Source: an uncultured Candidatus Saccharibacteria bacterium
Lineage (GTDB): Bacteria; Patescibacteriota; Saccharimonadia; Saccharimonadales; CAZDQS01
Length of the DNA: 41,295 nucleotides
Direction of reading: 5' to 3'
NCBI GenBank assembly: GCA_964507855.1
Contig: CAZDQS010000004.1
Span: forward strand, 80,888-122,182
Below are positions 36,117 to 41,295 of this stretch, one piece after another. The notes beneath the pieces are model-generated. The model was given only the letters and a program-made list of their open reading frames with translations. It did no database searches and was not told where the DNA came from. Position 1 is the stretch's first letter; every line of letters begins with the position of its first letter. Made by a program: the position numbers and the translations under genes.

Positions 36117-37315
36117 GTGTAGCTTGATGGAAAATTGCTGTTGGCTGATTCGCCACTTTCATACTTGTTGCCACTTTTTGTCGGCTGATTGCCATTGCCG
36201 CTATAAAGATTCGGTGAAAACGGCCCTTGTGAGGCAGAGCCCGCAAATGTGTTATTAGCTATGAGGCCATCCGTGACATTGACCACTCCTTTGGAGTCGC
36301 CAATATTAAACCCTTTGATACCATACATGAAGTTATTTTCCCAGCGAAAGTACGCAATAGTCATCGTCATGCCCTCACGCCCACCTGCCTGGAAGTGCCT
36401 GTTACTCGTACAGGAGTCCTGGTATGCGGCATTGCCCCTGAAAACAAAGTGAGAAATCGACGTGCCGGCCATTTGGATTGTGTCGTTATGGGTGCCAGAG
36501 CCGCCCCCTAAACGATTGGTGTAATTATCATGGAACCAAGAATCATGAATCTCGACACGGTTACTTACCTTTGCGCCATCCGCGCATCCAGACAACTCGC
36601 TTCGATAAACTGTAAAGTTGCCATACCCTATTGCGTTTTGGCACGGCTGCGAACCATCCGACAGGCGCTCGCCCCTGATAATGGAGTTTTCAACAACCAA
36701 GCCTGAGGCGTCATTGTCAATAATATTAGTACCCGAACCACAAATCACGCTGTTTTTTATAGTCACATTGTTGGCTGTGACATTAATATAACCATTGTGG
36801 TAGACAGAATCGACTACGGCCCCCGGGGTAGAAATCACCCACTTGGTCGGCTTGCCTGATGGTGGAAGCTTGTCCTCGTTCAGGCCAGCTACCTCTGGAC
36901 CAGTGTTTGCATCGTGTGGGAAATTAGTGCGAATGGAGGTACCGTTGGCGGTAGTCGTTGTGTTCCTGCAAGATGCTTTGACGTCAACCGAGCCGGGCAG
37001 AATGACGCCTCCACCTGGAGGCGGGGGGGATGGAGTTGTATCCGCAAACTGTACATATTTACCACCAGAGGCAGCAGCATCACTATTAACCACAGCACCG
37101 CCCGACAAGGTGCTTGATTCTGCTTCAAAGGCTACATATGAGCTGGCGGCCTGACTGCGAACGCCCCAATATCCAACGCCTCCACCGATAACAAGAGCAG
37201 CTAAGAGAGCCATAATTTTGCCATGCCGTGAAGCCCAAGATGGGCGACCGGGCAGCAAGGAACCAGCTCTTGCCCTCATGTTAGACCTCTTTAGATTTCT
37301 GCCCCAAGATTTCAT
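36101..37315 (-). CDS. membrane-anchored right-handed parallel beta-helix (pectate-lyase-fold) protein
   Basis: TM anchor. A sugar-binding-module-like stretch YVAFEAESSTLSGGAVVNSDAAASGGKYVQF. A Pro/Gly linker, then repeated N/G/I-V turns (ANNVTIKNSVICGSGTNIIDNDASGLVVENSIIRGE). It overlaps the downstream gene start by 16 nt. Confidence 0.7.
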   Translation of the reverse strand: MKSWGRNLKRSNMRARAGSLLPGRPSWASRHGKIMALLAALVIGGGVGYWGVRSQAASSYVAFEAESSTLSGGAVVNSDAAASGGKYVQFADTTPSPPPPGGGVILPGSVDVKASCRNTTTTANGTSIRTNFPHDANTGPEVAGLNEDKLPPSGKPTKWVISTPGAVVDSVYHNGYINVTANNVTIKNSVICGSGTNIIDNDASGLVVENSIIRGERLSDGSQPCQNAIGYGNFTVYRSELSGCADGAKVSNRVEIHDSWFHDNYTNRLGGGSGTHNDTIQMAGTSISHFVFRGNAAYQDSCTSNRHFQAGGREGMTMTIAYFRWENNFMYGIKGFNIGDSKGVVNVTDGLIANNTFAGSASQGPFSPNLYSGNGNQPTKSGNKYESGESANSNFPSSYTCVSG

Positions 37316-37350
37316 GGTATAGCGGTTATGTTAGCCACCTATTTATCCTA

Positions 37351-37379
37351 AGCTTATGCTCTATAGTATATGATGTCAA
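37351..37379 (-). promoter_or_regulatory. sigma70-type promoter TTGACA-17nt-TAAGCT upstream of the beta-helix/SLT operon
   Basis: The reverse complement reads TTGACAtcatatactatagagcaTAAGCT. The same DNA read on the plus strand carries AAGCTTATGCtcTATAGT, so the orientation is ambiguous. Confidence 0.4.
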
Positions 37380-37390
37380 TTGAGAATTAC

Positions 37391-38602
37391 TTAGTTTGTA
37401 GGTGCTGCTTTAAGTGTCGCCCTGAGGGTTTGCTCATCACCGTCACGCACCACCACGAGCGTAACCTGGTCGCCAACCGAATGCCTACCTAGCACAGAAG
37501 TAAGGCTATTATCTTCGTTTATTTCGGTGTCATTAACCCTTATGATCACATCGCCTTCCTCCAGCCCCGCTTCGTCCGCTGGACTATCAGGGAGTATAGA
37601 CGACAAACCATTGCTGCTGGGCACAATATACGCCCCTCGATTAACACTCAGATTATACTGAAATGCTATGTCATCGGTTAGTGATACGTACCGCACGCCA
37701 AGGTACGGCCTCAACAGCTGTCCTTCTTTTCGCACGCTAGTGATAAGCCCTTTTACATCATCAACGGGAATTGCAAAACCAATATTCTCAGCGAGTCCAG
37801 CAACCGCAGTGTTGATACCAATGACCTCTCCGCTCATGTTCACAAGCGGGCCGCCAGAATTGCCCTGGTTGATAGCTGCGTCTGTTTGGAACAAGTTTTG
37901 GAGTGTCTCAACTGTCCCGCCGCCACCCGCTTCGATATTGCGACCGTATCCCGAAATGATTCCGCTAGTAACAGTGTTCTGGAATTGGCCGAGGGCATTA
38001 CCGATCGCAACCACCTTGTCGCCCACTTCAACTTCGCTTGAATTACCGATCTTCGCTGGCTTTAGCTCCTTACCCTGGTTGTCATTTATCTTCAGGAACG
38101 CGATATCAAGCGGATCGCTCTCACTCGTCCGTCCTACTATAGTCACGTCCTTGAGCTCCGTACCATCTGAAAGCGTCACACTAACATCCGTCGCCTCAGC
38201 CGGCACTACATGTCTGTTTGTAAGAATTAACCCGTCTTCACTGATAATAAAACCTGTGCCCGCACTTGTCTGCTGAAAGCCCCTCCCAAAGAAACTGCTC
38301 CTTGTTTCGCTCACTACATTGACCGACACAACACTAGGGCCAACTTCTTTTGCAATCTGATTGAACAGCTCGCCCTCGCTCGAGACCACCTGGCGAACTT
38401 CGTGTGTTTGCATATTAGCCGCCTGGTTCGCCTGGCTTTCAGCGCCTAACCAACCACCAACAAAACCTGCGCTTGTACTTGTAAGTAACAGTAGGCACAC
38501 TGCTAGCACTTTTGCACGTTCAGGCATGTTAGCGAGCGGATAAGAAAACCAAGTTTTCTTATCCTCGGAACTAGACTTTGTACTTTTTACTGACTGCTCC
38601 AC
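37391..38602 (-). CDS. htrA: HtrA/DegP-family serine protease with one PDZ domain
   Basis: TM anchor. Catalytic triad context TNRHVV, D in DIAFLK, and GNSGGPL. C-terminal PDZ. GTG start with GGAAAGGAG upstream. Confidence 0.9.
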   Translation of the reverse strand: MEQSVKSTKSSSEDKKTWFSYPLANMPERAKVLAVCLLLLTSTSAGFVGGWLGAESQANQAANMQTHEVRQVVSSEGELFNQIAKEVGPSVVSVNVVSETRSSFFGRGFQQTSAGTGFIISEDGLILTNRHVVPAEATDVSVTLSDGTELKDVTIVGRTSESDPLDIAFLKINDNQGKELKPAKIGNSSEVEVGDKVVAIGNALGQFQNTVTSGIISGYGRNIEAGGGGTVETLQNLFQTDAAINQGNSGGPLVNMSGEVIGINTAVAGLAENIGFAIPVDDVKGLITSVRKEGQLLRPYLGVRYVSLTDDIAFQYNLSVNRGAYIVPSSNGLSSILPDSPADEAGLEEGDVIIRVNDTEINEDNSLTSVLGRHSVGDQVTLVVVRDGDEQTLRATLKAAPTN

Positions 38603-38688
38603 GTTGGCTGCTACTCCTTTCCCCTCGGCACTCTACCAAAATATTCAACCCACTTATGGTATCACACGTGTCTTTACGGGCCTGAGCG

Positions 38689-39438
38689 CTAGACCGTTTT
38701 GTCACCCCAGTCAGAAAAGGCAAGAACAATAGCAATGACCGCTACCATCACAAATATAAATTGACGGCGCAGCAACGGTGAGAGCCTATCTGTTTTATCA
38801 AGATAGTAAAGCGTCGCCAAGCCGAGTCCAATAACTGAGAGGATAAGTGTCGGCTGCGCAATTACGCCATAGAAGAGCAACCAGTGGCTCAAGAGCCAGG
38901 CCAACGCACCAGCAAAATATCCCCAAGCATACGAAAGCAGTGGAGCCAATGACTCTTCAAAGCTGGTAAAGAAATGTCGAGCCGATGCGTAGCAAACAAG
39001 CCAGGTCAAAAGTACCAGGAGCCAAGAAGACGCACCACTAAAATTAAGATAAAGTGCCATCAAACCAATCGTCTGGCCAAGAGCAGCCTGCAAGGTAACC
39101 ATTGGCATAGACGAGCTCGGCTTTATAAAGAGCAGCCATATTCCGTAGAACAAAGCCCACGCCAACAACCAGGCTTGTGTTGCACCATGCACCATGAAGA
39201 TAAGCGTGCCGATTCCGACCGTTAGATCGACGGCATTTGCACGAATATTAGCCGTCCAGTGTCGCGGCTTAACAGCAAACATCCGCCATTTACTCAATAA
39301 TATGAGTGCTAGCGCCGCCTGAGGAAAATCAATCCTGACAAACACATACATAAAAACAGGCAACGCTATAAGTAGCGCGGTGTGCACCACCTGGGCTAGC
39401 CCGCTTTTTGGCTTCTTGAGCTTTCTTTTTAGACGCAT
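38689..39438 (-). CDS. hypothetical polytopic membrane protein (about 7-8 TM helices)
   Basis: 249 aa and strongly hydrophobic throughout, 18 nt downstream of the LCP gene. No motif recognised. Confidence 0.6.
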   Translation of the reverse strand: MRLKRKLKKPKSGLAQVVHTALLIALPVFMYVFVRIDFPQAALALILLSKWRMFAVKPRHWTANIRANAVDLTVGIGTLIFMVHGATQAWLLAWALFYGIWLLFIKPSSSMPMVTLQAALGQTIGLMALYLNFSGASSWLLVLLTWLVCYASARHFFTSFEESLAPLLSYAWGYFAGALAWLLSHWLLFYGVIAQPTLILSVIGLGLATLYYLDKTDRLSPLLRRQFIFVMVAVIAIVLAFSDWGDKTV

Positions 39439-39456
39439 CTTGCTCGCGTCCTTTCT

Positions 39457-41121
39457 TTAGCCTGCCTCATTACTACCCAAGATTATAACAAAGTCCGCGT
39501 TATAATTGAGCGCTTCGGGATATACGTCTTTGTTTGCCGTGGCGACAACACCATACAACCGCTCGAATAACGCCTCGGTTGCACTCTTCTTCTCCTCGCT
39601 GATAGCGATCACAACGGTCGTCGGAACAGCCGAAGCCGCATTACCAACTGCCTTGACAGTAATACCCTCTTCTTCCAGCTCATCAGCACGTGCTTGCGCT
39701 AACCCATTCACTTGGCTTGCATTAAGGACGACCGCCGAGGAACCCTCAAGTACAACCGGATCATTACTTGTCAGCTTTCTCATGAAAGCCTTAATCTCTG
39801 AGAAATCATTTTCGCCGGCAGTAGGCCGAATGGCTGACTGACCGCCAGCCATGAAGCCCTGGACCAGCTTCACATCTTCATCCGCCAGACCGATGGACCG
39901 GATGCTGTTGTTATCAATCGTCTTAGAAAGCTCGTAGGCACGGCGCACTTCCGCAGCCGTAAAGTCTGACTCGATGTTATTGCCGATGGCGTCAAGCAGA
40001 CTGCTGATCTTTGCGGGATTGCTCAAGACACCAGCACTCAAAGCTTTATCCTTAAGCGCTAGCAACATCATGCGCTGATGCTCCGTACGAGTGTGGTCGC
40101 TACGCGTAAAGCCATACCCGATAGTGCTTCCTCGCGCCCGAGCAAGATTCAGGGCCGTTTGTCCATCCAGATGTTGCGGACCATTACTCAAGCGGAGTGG
40201 CCCGCCATCAACTGGGGCAATGTTCGCATCATACAGGCCACGGGGATCATCGCTTTCGATAACAACGTCAATTCCACCAACAGCGTTCACCGAGTCGCGG
40301 AAGGCAGTGTAGTTAAGGTTGAGATAATAGTGCAGATCAATTCCGAAATTTTCTTCGATAATCTTCGTGAGCAATCCCATCCCGCCCTCAGGATAACCAT
40401 CTTCATTGAAACCTACCTCCTCACCGCAAGTGTAGGCAGCATTTATCTTGCCTCGATAGCCGACTGAACAATCCCTCACCAGATAATCAACCCACAGGTC
40501 ACGCGGTATGCTCATCATGAAGCCGCCCTTATTGACGGTGTCAATACTCACAATCATTATCGAGTCGGTCAATTCTGCCCCGCCGTGCCCTGGATCGTCT
40601 TTCGAGTTGCCTGTCAGAAGCAAGTTCACCCGGCCGTTTTCTTCACCTTTCAGCTTGGCTGATGAATCAAAAAACCCAAATAACCCGCCATCCAAAACCT
40701 TATTGGCGTTGCTGTAGAACTTCCACCCCACATAGCCTCCAACAAGTAGCAACAAGAGCACAAACAACAGCAGCACCCGTTTCCATGTGAGCCTTCGCAG
40801 GAATGCGCGCTTTTTTTTGCCCGACCGAGAACGACGCTTCGGGAAACCCGTTAACTTCAACTTCGGGCCTTTTTCCTGAGGCACCGGCAATGCCACCGCC
40901 CCACCCGTCGCAATCATGGGCTGTTCTCTGGACTGAAAGCCGTCTGTTTGATCAAAGTTCCCGATTACGGGCCGCTTCGCTTGTTTGGGCTCGTCGTTTG
41001 CGTGCAGGCTCGCACTGCGGGGAGATGTATGTGGTGTTGAGCTTCGATGCATAGGCCGCACAAAGCCGTCGAGTGCTTTGTGCCTATTGCCAGCACGCAT
41101 AGGTCTTCGAAAATTATCCAT
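39457..41121 (-). CDS. LytR-CpsA-Psr (LCP) family cell-wall glycopolymer ligase with C-terminal LytR_C-like domain
   Basis: Basic cytoplasmic N-terminus and one TM helix. LCP core NLLLTGNSKDD...LTDSIMIVSID...MSIPRDLWV...INAAY. C-terminal alpha/beta domain. Confidence 0.85.
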   Translation of the reverse strand: MDNFRRPMRAGNRHKALDGFVRPMHRSSTPHTSPRSASLHANDEPKQAKRPVIGNFDQTDGFQSREQPMIATGGAVALPVPQEKGPKLKLTGFPKRRSRSGKKKRAFLRRLTWKRVLLLFVLLLLLVGGYVGWKFYSNANKVLDGGLFGFFDSSAKLKGEENGRVNLLLTGNSKDDPGHGGAELTDSIMIVSIDTVNKGGFMMSIPRDLWVDYLVRDCSVGYRGKINAAYTCGEEVGFNEDGYPEGGMGLLTKIIEENFGIDLHYYLNLNYTAFRDSVNAVGGIDVVIESDDPRGLYDANIAPVDGGPLRLSNGPQHLDGQTALNLARARGSTIGYGFTRSDHTRTEHQRMMLLALKDKALSAGVLSNPAKISSLLDAIGNNIESDFTAAEVRRAYELSKTIDNNSIRSIGLADEDVKLVQGFMAGGQSAIRPTAGENDFSEIKAFMRKLTSNDPVVLEGSSAVVLNASQVNGLAQARADELEEEGITVKAVGNAASAVPTTVVIAISEEKKSATEALFERLYGVVATANKDVYPEALNYNADFVIILGSNEAG

Positions 41122-41135
41122 AGCAAGTAATCCTC

Positions 41136-41165
41136 AGTATACCGCCAAAGCCTGCCGTCCGTAAA
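41136..41165 (-). promoter_or_regulatory. candidate promoter TTTACG-18nt-TATACT upstream of the LCP gene
   Basis: The reverse complement reads TTTACGgacggcaggctttggcggTATACT. A 14-nt leader with GAGGA precedes ATG 41121. Confidence 0.4.
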
Positions 41166-41295
41166 CCATAACCATGAGAATTTTGTGACGTCATGTTCAG
41201 TTGATTTTTCAACATATACATAAGAGTGATTATTCGCTATAGTTAACACCTGTATATGGAAAATAACCCTCCAACCCCACCGCAGGAACCACCAT

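Noticed and set aside
37339-37367. Plus-strand promoter reading of AAGCTTATGCtcTATAGT
   Set aside because: It would fire into the 3' end of convergent htrA with no ORF to serve, and its -35 is poor. The minus-strand TTGACA-17-TAAGCT reading serves the beta-helix operon. An antisense or bidirectional role cannot be excluded, so it is kept only as part of the motif finding.
41256-41295. Possible plus-strand gene start (ATG 41256, MENNPPTPPQEPP...) running off the right edge, with TATAGT at 41238-41243
   Set aside because: Only 13 codons are visible, which is too little to support a CDS call.

Overview
Gene-dense 41.3-kb chromosomal segment with about 40 protein-coding genes. Nearly all are on the minus strand, and spacers are mostly under 100 bp, with several 4-nt ATGA overlaps. 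Content is mainly translation, division and cell-envelope housekeeping: pyrG, S41 peptidase, a PcsB-like CHAP hydrolase with ftsX-ftsE, prfB, M16 peptidase, secA, hpf, serS, rsmE, class-I LysRS, greA, INS-less proS, rseP, uppS, frr, tsf, rpsB, rpmE-prfA-prmC, htrA and an LCP ligase. The gene content points to a reduced monoderm genome, plausibly Patescibacteria/CPR and Saccharibacteria-like; this is inference only. The supporting observations are the class-I LysRS, the minimal ProRS, the Gram-positive-type wall enzymes, the rpsB cluster lacking pyrH and cdsA, and RF1 plus RF2 both present. I saw no rRNA, tRNA, CRISPR array, transposase or phage genes. Four things stand out. (1) The only large coding-poor gap (12.2-13.7 kb, between secA and hpf) is a degenerate mirror duplication. 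Its arms are two ~235-nt elements with conserved blocks and compensatory stem changes, so they are candidate undescribed structured RNAs. They bracket a promoter, a ~165-nt structured leader and a small two-TM protein gene. (2) A clear heliorhodopsin gene lies directly downstream of msrA. (3) There is a cluster of secreted wall or polysaccharide-active enzymes, two with C-terminal dockerins and no cohesin in view. (4) A promoter-proximal AAGCTTATGC-TATAnT motif recurs, and many -10 boxes sit 6-9 nt from start codons, suggesting leaderless mRNAs.
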